This document shows positions 49,641-59,829 of a stretch of 64,000 bases of DNA, piece after piece. The translations under genes were made by a program, and so were the position numbers. The notes under the pieces are model-generated. The model made no database searches. It was not told where the DNA came from and saw only the letters and a program-made list of their open reading frames with translations. Where the stretch lies: positions 64,103-128,102 of the forward strand of contig JACPDH010000077.1 of assembly GCA_016184115.1 (NCBI GenBank). The letters run 5' to 3'. Position 1 is the stretch's first letter, and each line of letters begins with the position of its first letter. This DNA comes from Acidobacteriota bacterium (GTDB lineage: Bacteria > Acidobacteriota > Thermoanaerobaculia > Gp7-AA8).

Positions 49641-49655
49641 CGAGGAGGTTTTGCG

Positions 49656-50960
49656 ATGGCGGCTTGGGAATGGTGGGACTGGTGGCAGGCTCGGAAGGAT
49701 CGCTATCTTCTCGATGACGAGCCGTTTCTCGACGCCGAGCGCTTCGCGAGCATCTGCGTCGGCACCGGACTTCCCGACATCGCGCAGCGATCGACCTTCG
49801 CGTTTCGCAACGTGCGCGACGGGGCCGATCGCTTCATCGGGAAGTCGAAGCACGGCGAGAAGCCATTCGCGCGCATCTACACGCGTCTCGGAAATCCGAC
49901 GACCGAGTATCTGGAGCGTGTTCTCTTCCGGCTCGAATGCCAGCATCTGATCGACAAGGCACTCGACGCGGACGAGCAGGAACCGACCGTCGGAAGCATG
50001 GTGCTCGCCTCCGGTATGGGAGCGATCGCCGCACTCCTTCTTTCCCTCGTCCGCACCGGCGACGCAGTCATCGCGGGGAATGTCTACGGTTGCACGGATA
50101 GCTTGCTGCGAGGGCTGCAGCAGAAGTTCGGAGTCGATCCGGTCTTCGTCGACACGACCGACATCGCACAGATCGAGGAAGCATTCCGGACGCACCCCAA
50201 TGCCAGGGTCGTCTTCCTCGAGAGCCCCGAGAACCCGAACCTCGGGATGGCAGACATCCGCAAGGCCGGCGCGCTTGCGCGAAAGCACGGTGCGCTTCTC
50301 GTCGTCGACAACACATTCTGTAGCGCGTACCTGCAGCAGCCCTTCCGACTCGGTGCGGACTTCGTCGTGCAGAGCCTGACGAAATACGTGAACGGTCACT
50401 CGACTTCGATCGGTGGGCACGTGCTCGGGCCATTCCCACACATGACCAACGAGTTTTTCGTCTGGGCGAAGGACCTGGGGCCGACGCCGAGCCCGTTCGA
50501 CAGCTGGCTCAACGGCCTCTGTGTGCAGACGTTGCCGCAGCGCATGGAGCTCGCCTGCGCGAGCGCAGCGACGCTCGTCGAGTTCTTAGCCGCACACCCG
50601 AGGATCGAGAAGCTCTACTTCCCCGGGCTGCCGACGCACCCGCAGCACCATCTCATCGGACCGCAGATGCGGAACGGGGGAGCGATGATTGCGTTCGAGC
50701 TCGAAGGGGGCTATGAGCCTGCGGTGAAGCTGATGGACTACTTCGCGCGCCACGACACGCCGATGGAGCTGGCCGTGAGTCTGGGCAGCGTGATCAGCTA
50801 CATTCAGCACCCGGCGAGCATGACGCACAGCGTCGTGCCGGAGGCCGACCGGCTCGCGCGAGGCATCAGCAACGGTCTCGTCCGGTTCAGCGTCGGGCTC
50901 GAGGGCGTTTCGATCCTCCGCGACGCGTTCGAGGAAGGCCTCGACCTGGCCTACCGGTAG
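49656..50960 (+). CDS. Cys/Met-metabolism PLP-dependent enzyme (cystathionine gamma-synthase / methionine gamma-lyase family)
   Basis: PLP-lysine context SLTKYVNGHS. Family-typical length. Start ATG at 49656. Confidence 0.75.
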   Translation: MAAWEWWDWWQARKDRYLLDDEPFLDAERFASICVGTGLPDIAQRSTFAFRNVRDGADRFIGKSKHGEKPFARIYTRLGNPTTEYLERVLFRLECQHLIDKALDADEQEPTVGSMVLASGMGAIAALLLSLVRTGDAVIAGNVYGCTDSLLRGLQQKFGVDPVFVDTTDIAQIEEAFRTHPNARVVFLESPENPNLGMADIRKAGALARKHGALLVVDNTFCSAYLQQPFRLGADFVVQSLTKYVNGHSTSIGGHVLGPFPHMTNEFFVWAKDLGPTPSPFDSWLNGLCVQTLPQRMELACASAATLVEFLAAHPRIEKLYFPGLPTHPQHHLIGPQMRNGGAMIAFELEGGYEPAVKLMDYFARHDTPMELAVSLGSVISYIQHPASMTHSVVPEADRLARGISNGLVRFSVGLEGVSILRDAFEEGLDLAYR

Positions 50961-51039
50961 ACTCCTGGCGCAAATCGAGCTGCCGGACGGTATTCTGGGG
51001 CAGTGATCAGCCCGGCTGCACGCCGGGAGCGGAGGCTAC

Positions 51040-51894
51040 GTGTCGATTCAACGCATCGCAGTCCTTGGCGCCGGAACGATGGGGCGCGGCATCGCGTATC
51101 TCGCCGCACTCGCCGGCTACGAAACCACGCTCTACGACGTGACCGACCACATCGTTCACGACGCGATGACGCTGCTACAGGGGACCTTTTCGAAAGCGGT
51201 CGAAAAGAAGAAGCTCGACCCGGCCGAGGCGCACAAATCGATCTCGCGCATCGTGGCGACGAGCGACTTCGAAGCGGCGGTGCGCGAGGCGGATTTGATC
51301 GTCGAAGCGGTCCCCGAGGATCTCAGCCTCAAGCGCGAGTTGTATGCGCAGATCGACGTGCTGACGAGGGACCACGTGATCCTCGCGTCGAACACCTCGT
51401 CGATCTCGATCAGCGAGCTCGCGGCATCCGTCGAGGAACCCGAAGTGTTCATCGGAATGCACTTCTTCAATCCGCCGCATCTGATGAAGCTCGTCGAGAT
51501 CGTCGTCGGCGATGCGACGAGCGAAGCGACGGTCTCCGCCGTGCGCGACGTCGCGACGCGCATGGGGAAGGAGACGATCGTCGTGAAAGATTTCCCCGGC
51601 TTCGCGACCTCCCGTCTCGGAGTTGCGATCGGTCTCGAGGCGATCCGGATGTTCGAGGACGGAGTCGCGTCGGCGGTCGACATTGACAAGGCGATGGAGC
51701 TCGGCTACAACCATCCGATGGGGCCTCTTCGCCTAACGGACCTCGTCGGGCTCGACGTGCGGCTCGGCATCGCCGAGTACCTCGCCAAGACACTCGGCCC
51801 CCGTTTCGATCCGCCGCGCGTGCTTCGCGAGATGGTCGCAAACGGTCAACTCGGGAAGAAGACGGGCAAGGGCTTCTACGAATGGGAGCCGTGA
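51040..51894 (+). CDS. hbd: 3-hydroxybutyryl-CoA / 3-hydroxyacyl-CoA dehydrogenase
   Basis: Rossmann IAVLGAGTMGRGIAYLAALAGYETTLYD. GTG start with RBS GGAGG. Confidence 0.8.
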   Translation: MSIQRIAVLGAGTMGRGIAYLAALAGYETTLYDVTDHIVHDAMTLLQGTFSKAVEKKKLDPAEAHKSISRIVATSDFEAAVREADLIVEAVPEDLSLKRELYAQIDVLTRDHVILASNTSSISISELAASVEEPEVFIGMHFFNPPHLMKLVEIVVGDATSEATVSAVRDVATRMGKETIVVKDFPGFATSRLGVAIGLEAIRMFEDGVASAVDIDKAMELGYNHPMGPLRLTDLVGLDVRLGIAEYLAKTLGPRFDPPRVLREMVANGQLGKKTGKGFYEWEP

Positions 51895-52643
51895 GCCTCC
51901 CCGCCGACTCTTACGGTGCGTTCGCGCGCGTCTATGATCGTGCGCTCGGCGATCTGTTCATGCGCGGCGCGGCCGCGGTGCTGCGGGCGCTCGAATCGGA
52001 GTATCCGACCGAAACGCGGACGCATCTCGATGTTGCATGCGGCACGGGGCTCGCGATGCGCCATTTCGCGGCTCGAGGGTACGCGACGCGAGGAATCGAC
52101 GCCTCGTATGCGATGGCCTCGAGGGCGCGCCGCCGCGGACTCGATGTCGTCGTAAGCGACGTGCGAACTTCCGTCGTTCGTGCGCGTTTCGAGCGCGTCA
52201 CGTGTCTTTACGACAGCCTGAATCATCTCCTCGAGCGCGGCGATCTCGCTCGCGCTTTCGCATCGGTCGCATCCGTGATGGGTGAGTCGTCCCTCTTCTG
52301 GTTCGATCTCAATCACCCCGAGTCGTACCGCGAGGTCTGGGCGATGGCGGAGCCGTTCGAGTCGGGCGACGCCGTCTACAACCTCGAGATCGATACGCAT
52401 TACGACGAAGCGGCGAACCTCGCGACCGCGCGCGTACGCGGCTGGCACACAGACGCGGGGGTGCGGCACACGATTGACGAGACGCACTACCAGCGTGCGT
52501 GGGAGCGCGACGAAGTCGTCGAGATCCTTCGCGACGCGGGGCTCGAAACGGTCGACGTATTCTGCTTCGATCCGTTCGCGGCAAAGGTGTTTGGCGGGAT
52601 CGAAGTGAAGGAGATGTACGTCGCGCGGAGAAAAGCGGAGTAA
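51882..52643 (+). CDS. Class I SAM-dependent methyltransferase
   Basis: LDVACGTGLAMRHFA (motif I), ...VTCLYDSLNHL. Confidence 0.65.
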   Translation: MGAVSLPADSYGAFARVYDRALGDLFMRGAAAVLRALESEYPTETRTHLDVACGTGLAMRHFAARGYATRGIDASYAMASRARRRGLDVVVSDVRTSVVRARFERVTCLYDSLNHLLERGDLARAFASVASVMGESSLFWFDLNHPESYREVWAMAEPFESGDAVYNLEIDTHYDEAANLATARVRGWHTDAGVRHTIDETHYQRAWERDEVVEILRDAGLETVDVFCFDPFAAKVFGGIEVKEMYVARRKAE

Positions 52644-52795
52644 TGCGGACTGCGGAACGCGGAACGCGAATTGAATGACGGTTCGAGGGTGCGTTCAACG
52701 ATGCTCAACCCCGACCGCACACGAGCTCCAGTGTGATTCGTTCGAGATGCCTCGACTCGCATTTCGCACTTCGCATTCCGCGTTCCGAATTCCCG
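52644..52795. repeat. Heptamer-tandem-repeat palindromic element C (GCGGAAC units)
   Basis: TGCGGACTGCGGAACGCGGAACGCGAATTG begins 1 nt after the stop. Inverted arm TCGCATTTCGCACTTCGCATTCCGCGTTCCGAATTCC. Confidence 0.75.
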
Positions 52796-52820
52796 TCGGC
52801 ACTGTAGAATCTGGCTACCT

Positions 52821-53612
52821 ATGAACCTCGGAATCTCCGGTCGCGGTGCGATCGTCGGTGGCTCCAGCTCCGGTATCGGTCTCGCGTGCGCCGATCTTCT
52901 GCTCGGCGAAGCTGTTCGCGTCGTTCTCGTGTCGCGCGGCGAAGAGAAGCTCGCCCGGGTCGCGGCCTCACTTTCGTCGAAGCACGAGCGTGAAGTTTTC
53001 TGGGTTGCGGCCGATCTCGCGACCCCGGAAGGCGCGGCCACTGCGTTTCGTGAGGCGGAAGCGAAGCTCGGTGCGGTCGACATCGTCGTCAACAACGCGG
53101 GGGGCCCCAAGTCGGGACCCTTCGAGTCGCTCTCCGACGCCGACTGGGAGAGCTCGTTCCACCTCAACCTGATGAGCGCGGTGCGCCTCACGCGGCTCGC
53201 GTCGGCAGGGATGCGAGAGCGGCGCTGGGGGCGTATCGTCAACATCACCTCGACTTCGGTGAAACAGCCGGTCGAAGGACTGATGCTGTCGAACGCAATC
53301 AGAATGTCGGTCGTCGGCTTCGCGAAGACTCTCGCCGACGAGCTCGGCGCATTCGGCATCACGGTGAATACGGTCGCGCCTGGCTACACCGGCACCGAAC
53401 GGCTCGCCGAGCTCGCCGCGGCGAAGGCGCAGAGGAGCGGAGTGACGAAAGAGTCGGTGCTCGAGGAGTGGCGCTCCAGCGTTCCCTTGCGAAGGATCGG
53501 CCTTCCTGAAGAGGTCGCAGCCGCGGTCGTCTGGCTCTGCTCGGAGCAGGGGGCGTACATCACGGGGGTCACATTGTCCGTCGACGGCGGAAGGACGCGA
53601 GCGTCGCTGTAG
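52821..53612 (+). CDS. SDR-family oxidoreductase
   Basis: GGSSGIGLA cofactor motif. NNAG. Catalytic region typical of the family. Confidence 0.75.
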   Translation: MNLGISGRGAIVGGSSSGIGLACADLLLGEAVRVVLVSRGEEKLARVAASLSSKHEREVFWVAADLATPEGAATAFREAEAKLGAVDIVVNNAGGPKSGPFESLSDADWESSFHLNLMSAVRLTRLASAGMRERRWGRIVNITSTSVKQPVEGLMLSNAIRMSVVGFAKTLADELGAFGITVNTVAPGYTGTERLAELAAAKAQRSGVTKESVLEEWRSSVPLRRIGLPEEVAAAVVWLCSEQGAYITGVTLSVDGGRTRASL

Positions 53613-53628
53613 CGGGCGGAGTCCGAGA

Positions 53629-55560
53629 ATGGCGAAAGGCCCGAGCTTCGGCAAGTCGATCCTGGTTAGGGCAGCCGGAGCCCTTCTGATCGTAGGGTTC
53701 GTTCCGCTCCTGATCACCGCCGCGCGTCTCATCAACATCAACAAGGACGGGATGAAGGACCAGGTCCTTCGCGCGCACAACGTCGCGGCGACGACCTCCG
53801 CGGAGCGGATCGACGCGTTCGTCGATTCGTGGCGCTCGCGTTGCAACGCGGTGTCGATGAACGAGATCGTCGCGGCGAATCCGAAGTCGCCTGAGGCGCT
53901 CGAGATCCTGCAATCTCTCCTCGGAGGCGATGCGAACCTCGTTGCGGTCGAGATCCTCGATCCCGCGGGCGAACGCGTGGTCGGCATCAGGAATCGCGAC
54001 GTGGGAAAGGCGATCGACGACTGGTTCGGCCGTGCGATCCTCGGCGAGCTCGACCTCGTTGGGAAAGGCGGTGGACGCTGGCTCATCGTCTCGTCTCGTC
54101 TCCCTGATTCGCTCGCCACGGTCCAAATGATCGTGAACGCGAAGTCGATCGACGACGTCCTTACGACGACGGTTCTCGGACCGCAGTCGGAGCTCGGTCT
54201 CATAGATAGACAAGGCCACCTCCTCGCGCCTCGAGGCCGCTCCCTCGAAGCGTTCCCTCCCGATCTCGTCGCATTTGCGCGCACGGCGAGTCTCGGGGGC
54301 GCGGGGCGTTTCGGAACGAGGGAATCGGGAGAGGTACTCGGCGCCTATCATCCGCTCGGCAAACCCGACTGGACCGTGCTCTCGCGCCAACCCGTCGACG
54401 TCGCCGAGGAAATCGAAGGGACGATGCGGCGCGACGCGACGACGGCGCTAGCGCTGGCGGTTGGCCTGACCGCGGTGCTCACGGCTCTCGCATATGCACA
54501 GTTCGTTCGCCCGATACGCCAGCTCGTGCTCGCGCAACGAAAGCTCGCGGGCGGCTCGGCTCGAGGCGGCGACGGCGGTTCGGAGATCCAGCAGCTTCAG
54601 AGCACGTTCGAGATGATCGAGCGCCGGATTCGCGACCAGGAGGAGCTCGGTCAGATTTTCGTCGGCCGCTACCAGGTGTTAGGGCTTCTCGGGCGCGGCG
54701 GTATGGGAGTCGTCTTTCGCGGCTTCGACTCGAAGCTCGAGCGGAATGTTGCGCTGAAAGTCGTCCGCGCATCGGACTCAGTCAGCGAGGCGGAGCGCGA
54801 AGAAATGGTTGAAGCGCTCAAACGCGAGGCGGTCATCGTCGCGAAATTCAACCATCAGAATGTGGTGAGCGTGTACGACGTCGAGGGCCAGGGGGGGACG
54901 GCGTACATCGCGATGGAGCTCGTCGAGGGACTCAGCCTCGAGCGTTATCTCGCGCGACGCAAGCGTGTTCCATGGGCCGAAGCGCTCGTCATCGGGCTCG
55001 CGACGACAAAGGCGATCGCCGCTGCGCACGACAGCGGAATCGTCCATCACGACATCAAACCGGGAAACGTGCTGCTCGGCAAAGACGGATCGATCAAGGT
55101 CACCGACTTTGGCATCTCGCGCCCGATCAGCTCCGGAACCCAGCGCAGCGACGTCATCTTCGGCAGCCCAAGCTACCTTTCACCCGAGGCATGCAGGGGT
55201 AAGAGGATGGGGCCCGAAGGGGACATTTTCGCACTCGGTGTGACCCTCTACGAGATCTTGATCGGCATCAATCCGTTCCGCCGCCAGACGGTTCAGGCGA
55301 CGATTCGCGCGACGATCGACGACGAGGTCCCGGAGCTTTCCGGGAAGATCGACGGGATCGACCCGCTGTTCAGCGCAATCATCGCGTCGATGCTGAGGAA
55401 AGACCCGGAAGCGCGGGCTCACAGCGCGGCAGAGATTGCGGAGCGGCTTGCGGACATCGTGCGGCGTACCGGTGCGCGATGGGAGTTCCCCGCCGCGCTC
55501 GTCGCGAAGAGTACGCTGGCGGGCGACGCGAAGAGCAGTCCACCGAAGTCGGCTGTCTGA
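53629..55560 (+). CDS. Ser/Thr protein kinase with N-terminal membrane/sensor region
   Basis: GRGGMGVVFRG, VALKVV, HHDIKPGNVLL, DFGISR, SPSYLSPE. N-terminal TM plus a HAMP-like region. Confidence 0.8.
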   Translation: MAKGPSFGKSILVRAAGALLIVGFVPLLITAARLININKDGMKDQVLRAHNVAATTSAERIDAFVDSWRSRCNAVSMNEIVAANPKSPEALEILQSLLGGDANLVAVEILDPAGERVVGIRNRDVGKAIDDWFGRAILGELDLVGKGGGRWLIVSSRLPDSLATVQMIVNAKSIDDVLTTTVLGPQSELGLIDRQGHLLAPRGRSLEAFPPDLVAFARTASLGGAGRFGTRESGEVLGAYHPLGKPDWTVLSRQPVDVAEEIEGTMRRDATTALALAVGLTAVLTALAYAQFVRPIRQLVLAQRKLAGGSARGGDGGSEIQQLQSTFEMIERRIRDQEELGQIFVGRYQVLGLLGRGGMGVVFRGFDSKLERNVALKVVRASDSVSEAEREEMVEALKREAVIVAKFNHQNVVSVYDVEGQGGTAYIAMELVEGLSLERYLARRKRVPWAEALVIGLATTKAIAAAHDSGIVHHDIKPGNVLLGKDGSIKVTDFGISRPISSGTQRSDVIFGSPSYLSPEACRGKRMGPEGDIFALGVTLYEILIGINPFRRQTVQATIRATIDDEVPELSGKIDGIDPLFSAIIASMLRKDPEARAHSAAEIAERLADIVRRTGARWEFPAALVAKSTLAGDAKSSPPKSAV

Positions 55561-55580
55561 CGTAGACAGGAGAGCGCAAC

Positions 55581-58433
55581 ATGCGAGCACTTCTCTTCAC
55601 CGTGGTATCCGTATTCGCCGGGGCGCTCGCCCTGGCGCAGACTCCGCCCCAGGCGCGAGAAGGCGATTCGGTCGCCTGGCATGTCGTTAGGCCGGGCGAG
55701 ACGCTGAGCGCCATCACGTACAAATACCTCGGTGACGCGTCGCTCTGGCCGGAGAACCAACGACTGAATCCTGGCATCTCCGATCCCGACAAGCTCACAC
55801 CGGGGCAGCGTGTGCTCGTGATCACCGCCCGCGAGATCGCGGCGCGACGCGCGAAGGTGGACAAGCTCTCGCGCAAGGTCGACAAAAAACTCCAGCAGGA
55901 GTCGTGGCTTGCCGCGCACATCGGCGATCAGCTCGTCGAGCGCGAAGGGCTTCGAACTTTTGGGAGCTCTTCGGCGGAGCTCGGGCTCGATGACGGTACC
56001 CGGCTTCAGATGACCGAGAATTCGATCGTTTTTCTTCGCGAGTACAAGTCGTCGATCCGCAAGGTCGATCGGAGCAAGATCGAAGTCGTCGAAGGAGGAG
56101 TCGATCTCGCGATCGCCCCCGCGGCACGTCGTTCGAGGCGAGAGGTCGAAGTGCTGATCGGAGACGTTCAGGCGCGGCCGAAGGCAGTGGGCGGCGCGAC
56201 GGAAGCGCGCGCGAGGCGCGATGCGGAGACGAAGTCGGCGAAGCTGATGGTCTACGCCGGAACGACCGAGGTCGAGTCGGCCGGTGTGAAGGTGCAAGTG
56301 CCGAAGGGGATGGGCACGTCGGTGAAGGAAGGCGCGCCGCCCGCGCCGCCGCAGAAGCTGCTCGCGGCACCCGCTCTGGTCACTCCCGCGGCCGGCGCCG
56401 AGAGTCGAGGCGCGACCGAATTGACCTGGTCGCCTGTCCCCAGGGCGGCGAGCTACATCGTCGAGGTCTGCAGGGATGCGAAATGTGCAGGGCTCGCCGG
56501 GCGTCAAACCGGCCTAACTGACACGAAGGCGGCATTCGCGTCGCTGCCGGCTGGCGCCCTCTTCTGGCGTGTGACCGCGCGAAGCCAGGGCGGTCTCGAC
56601 GGGTATCCATCGAAGCCGCGCGCGCTGTCGATGATTCGCGTCATCAGCGGGCGGGTGTTGCTCGATGACAGGCGCGGTGTGAGGGATAACCTTCCGCTCG
56701 CCGGCATCGGCGGAGCGCTCGTGAGGCTTCATCTCGACAACGGTGACGGTGCGCCGGGAGACGGCGACGTGATGATGGGAGAGGTCCGCACCGATGCCAG
56801 AGGCGCCTTCGAGCTCGGGCGCGTCGAGAACGGAACGTTCTGGGTCGTGGTCGAAGCGCGCTCCGCGTCGCCTTCCGGGTCGTGGCGCGAGCAGACTTAT
56901 GGTCCGGCCGGATCATTGTGTTCCGACGCTGAGGGTGGAACGTCGATGCTGACTGCCGCCGGCGTCTGCTACGGCGGGCGCCGCGGTGGTGTTCCGGATG
57001 CCTTCGAGACACTCGCTGGCTCCGAACACGTTGCGCGCGTCGAGGTGAGCGATCAGGACGAGCTCCCCGATCTCGAGTTCGCGTTCAGCGATACCGCCGT
57101 GACCACGGCGTCGGATTCCGAGCCCGCGGTTCAGGGCTCGCTCCGGCAGTTCGTTCTCAATTCCCAGGCTGTGTCTGGGAACCACATCATGCAGTTCGTT
57201 CCGATGGAGCCAGCGAACGCGACCGCCGGTGACGCCTCGTGGTGGCGTGTTTCGCTCGTGGCTCCGCTGCCCGCTCTTCCTGACCGCACGCTCATCGAAG
57301 GTGAGGCGATGCGTGCGCAGCGTCCCTTCGCGCGGATTGACTCGAATCCCGGCACACTTGGATCGTCGGATGCGGTTGGTGTGGACGCTGCCCGGATCGT
57401 GAATCCCGATCGTCCGGAGCTGGAGATCGACGGCAGAGGCTCGGTGCCCGTACTGATCTCGGGCCGAGCGCTCGGAGGAGTGTCGAATGTGGCGCTCATC
57501 GGCGCTACCCGGCAGCTGATCGAGTCGACCGGGGAGTTTGCGGTGTCGAACTCCATCATCGGTCTCGGCGCCGACGGCTCCGTGCCCACTTCCGCGCCGA
57601 TCGTCGGGATCGACACGACAGGCACGCTCAGGATCGAGCGAACGCTCGTCGCGCATCAGTCGGCCGTCGGCATTCGCGTCTGGTCGGACGACGGGCGGCC
57701 ACGCCTCGTCGCCCGCGACCTCGAGGCAACCGGCTGCGGGCCTCACCCGGTTCTTCAGATCCGTTCCTCGGGCGCCGTCATCGAGAGGTCGTACATCCAC
57801 CGCTGCGACGACGCGGCCGGAAGCGTCGGCATCGAGTTCCAGGGCCGCAGCGTTGCGTTAGGCGCGATCTGCAGGAATCACATGGTCACCGGCTCGACGA
57901 TACGCGGCTTCGATGCCGGAATCGTGTTGCGGCTCGGTGCGATGGACAATGTGATTGAGGGTAACGTGATCGACGCGTCGGGGCACGGGATCATGTTCCA
58001 ACACATCCAGTCATTCTGGACACCGAAGGGAAACCGCATCTCGAGGAATTCGTTTCTCGGGGGAGGCGAGCCGATCTCACTCGAAGGGCGGCCGGGCCTC
58101 GGATTTGAAGAAAAGAAGCTCTACGAGCTCGCCGTATCCTGCGCGGGCAGCGGAACGAGCGTCGACCGAGGACTCGACTTCATGGGTGTCGGTACGATCA
58201 AGCGAGATGGAAGCTCGCTGCGCGTCACCGGAACGGTCTGCCCCGATACGACGGTCGAGATCTACGCGCGGAGCGAAGGGAAGATCGAGTACGTCGGATC
58301 TGTGAAGGGTGATGCCGCCGGCGCGGTCGATGCTGTTGTGGAGACTCCGGGCGGGGCTCCACGCGACCTCGCGCTCGTGACGATCGACAAGACCGGCACG
58401 ACGTCGCGCATGAAGTTCGGTTCGATCAGGTGA
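55581..58433 (+). CDS. Large secreted protein: LysM + FecR-like + carboxypeptidase-regulatory-like + right-handed parallel beta-helix repeats
   Basis: Signal peptide. LysM HVVRPGETLSAITYKYLGD...LTPGQRVLV. Beta-helix repeat-like NVIEGNVIDASGHGIMFQ. 950 aa. Confidence 0.55.
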   Translation: MRALLFTVVSVFAGALALAQTPPQAREGDSVAWHVVRPGETLSAITYKYLGDASLWPENQRLNPGISDPDKLTPGQRVLVITAREIAARRAKVDKLSRKVDKKLQQESWLAAHIGDQLVEREGLRTFGSSSAELGLDDGTRLQMTENSIVFLREYKSSIRKVDRSKIEVVEGGVDLAIAPAARRSRREVEVLIGDVQARPKAVGGATEARARRDAETKSAKLMVYAGTTEVESAGVKVQVPKGMGTSVKEGAPPAPPQKLLAAPALVTPAAGAESRGATELTWSPVPRAASYIVEVCRDAKCAGLAGRQTGLTDTKAAFASLPAGALFWRVTARSQGGLDGYPSKPRALSMIRVISGRVLLDDRRGVRDNLPLAGIGGALVRLHLDNGDGAPGDGDVMMGEVRTDARGAFELGRVENGTFWVVVEARSASPSGSWREQTYGPAGSLCSDAEGGTSMLTAAGVCYGGRRGGVPDAFETLAGSEHVARVEVSDQDELPDLEFAFSDTAVTTASDSEPAVQGSLRQFVLNSQAVSGNHIMQFVPMEPANATAGDASWWRVSLVAPLPALPDRTLIEGEAMRAQRPFARIDSNPGTLGSSDAVGVDAARIVNPDRPELEIDGRGSVPVLISGRALGGVSNVALIGATRQLIESTGEFAVSNSIIGLGADGSVPTSAPIVGIDTTGTLRIERTLVAHQSAVGIRVWSDDGRPRLVARDLEATGCGPHPVLQIRSSGAVIERSYIHRCDDAAGSVGIEFQGRSVALGAICRNHMVTGSTIRGFDAGIVLRLGAMDNVIEGNVIDASGHGIMFQHIQSFWTPKGNRISRNSFLGGGEPISLEGRPGLGFEEKKLYELAVSCAGSGTSVDRGLDFMGVGTIKRDGSSLRVTGTVCPDTTVEIYARSEGKIEYVGSVKGDAAGAVDAVVETPGGAPRDLALVTIDKTGTTSRMKFGSIR

Positions 58434-58446
58434 GGGGAGGCCGCTG

Positions 58447-59520
58447 ATGGTTAAGCGTGTCGGTATTCTGACGGGAGGGGGCGACTGCCCAGGGCTCAAC
58501 GCGGTCATCCGAGGCGCCGTGCGCACGCTCATTCGAGAGTACAAGTGCGAAGTCGTCGGGATCGAGCTAGGTTTCGAAGGGCTGATGCAGGGGCGTGGCT
58601 ATCCGATGACACTCGACGCGGTCCGCGGCATTCTCCACAAAGGCGGCACGCTGCTCCGCACGTCGAACCGCGGCAATCCGTTCGACTATCCGACTAAAGA
58701 CGATCCGAACGTACGCGAAGACCGGTCGGCGGAATGCCTCGACAACTGCCGGCGAATGGGCATCGACGCGCTGATTGCGATCGGAGGCGAGGGAACGCTC
58801 AAGATTGCGGACAAGATGGGCGACCTCGGATTTCCAATCGTCGGCGTGCCGAAGACGATCGACAACGACGTCCGGCAAACCGACTTCAGCTTCGGCTTTC
58901 AAACCGCGGTCTCGATCGCGACCGAGGCGATTGACCGCCTGCACACCACGGCCGAGAGCCATAACCGTGTCATGGTGCTCGAAGTCATGGGCCGCCACGT
59001 CGGTTGGATCGCGCTTCACTCCGGAATCGCGGGAGGGGCCGACATCATCCTCATCCCCGAGATCCCGTACAAACCCGAGGAGATCGCGAAGAAGATCAGG
59101 CTTCGGCAAGCACGTGGCCAGCAGTTCGACATCATCGTCGTTGCCGAGGGAGCGAAGCGTGACGGCGGGGATGAGGTCTGGGCCGACAAAGGTTCGAAAC
59201 GTCTCGGTGGGGTCGCGTTCCGGGTGGCGGAGGAGATCGGCGAGCTGAGCGACCTCGAGGTGCGCGTCACCGTGCTGGGGCATCTCCAGCGGGGAGGCTC
59301 GCCGGAAGCGATCGATCGTGTCTGGTCAACGCTCTACGGCAACCGCGCCGCTGACTTCGTGGCTGAAGGGATGTGGGGGATGATGACCGCTCTTCAGAAC
59401 GGCGAGATCGTGCCGGTGCCCATCAAGGACGCGATCGGCCAACTCAACACCGTATCGCCCGACGGCCCGCTCATTCGAACGGCGAGGGCGTTGGGGATAT
59501 CGTTTGGAGATGGGCGATAG
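58447..59520 (+). CDS. pfkA: 6-phosphofructokinase (PfkA family, ATP- or PPi-dependent)
   Basis: RVGILTGGGDCPGLNAVIRGAV, GGEGT, MGR motifs. Confidence 0.85.
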   Translation: MVKRVGILTGGGDCPGLNAVIRGAVRTLIREYKCEVVGIELGFEGLMQGRGYPMTLDAVRGILHKGGTLLRTSNRGNPFDYPTKDDPNVREDRSAECLDNCRRMGIDALIAIGGEGTLKIADKMGDLGFPIVGVPKTIDNDVRQTDFSFGFQTAVSIATEAIDRLHTTAESHNRVMVLEVMGRHVGWIALHSGIAGGADIILIPEIPYKPEEIAKKIRLRQARGQQFDIIVVAEGAKRDGGDEVWADKGSKRLGGVAFRVAEEIGELSDLEVRVTVLGHLQRGGSPEAIDRVWSTLYGNRAADFVAEGMWGMMTALQNGEIVPVPIKDAIGQLNTVSPDGPLIRTARALGISFGDGR

Positions 59521-59523
59521 GCG

Positions 59524-59765
59524 GGTCAAAGGTCAAAGGTCAAAGCAGGCTGCGAGAGGCGAATCGCGAGAGGCGCGAGGCGAAAGGCGAGAGGCGAAGG
59601 GCGAAAGGCGAAAGGCACGCCGGTGGCCTCGTAGCGCCGGCGTCCTCGCCGGCCGTCGCGTGGGCGTCCCGCCCGCGCCAAAGTCTTTTCGCAGCACGCC
59701 GGCGTCGCGATGTCGCCGCCTTCAGCCTGCTCAGCGCCTCTCGCCTGCTTTGACCTTTGACCTCC
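59524..59765. repeat. Heptamer-tandem-repeat palindromic element D (GGTCAAA x3 + GCGAGAG/GCGAAAG units)
   Basis: GGTCAAAGGTCAAAGGTCAAAGCAGGC...GCGAGAGGCGAATCGCGAGAGGCGCGAGGCGAAAGGCGAGAGGCGAAGGGCGAAAGGCGAAAGGC with inverted arm GCCTGCTCAGCGCCTCTCGCCTGCTTTGACCTTTGACC. Starts 4 nt after the pfk stop. Confidence 0.8.
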
Positions 59766-59829
59766 TCGAACCCGCTTCTTGACACGTCGCGTACAATTCA
59801 CGCCATCTAACGTCTTTCGAGGAGCAACC

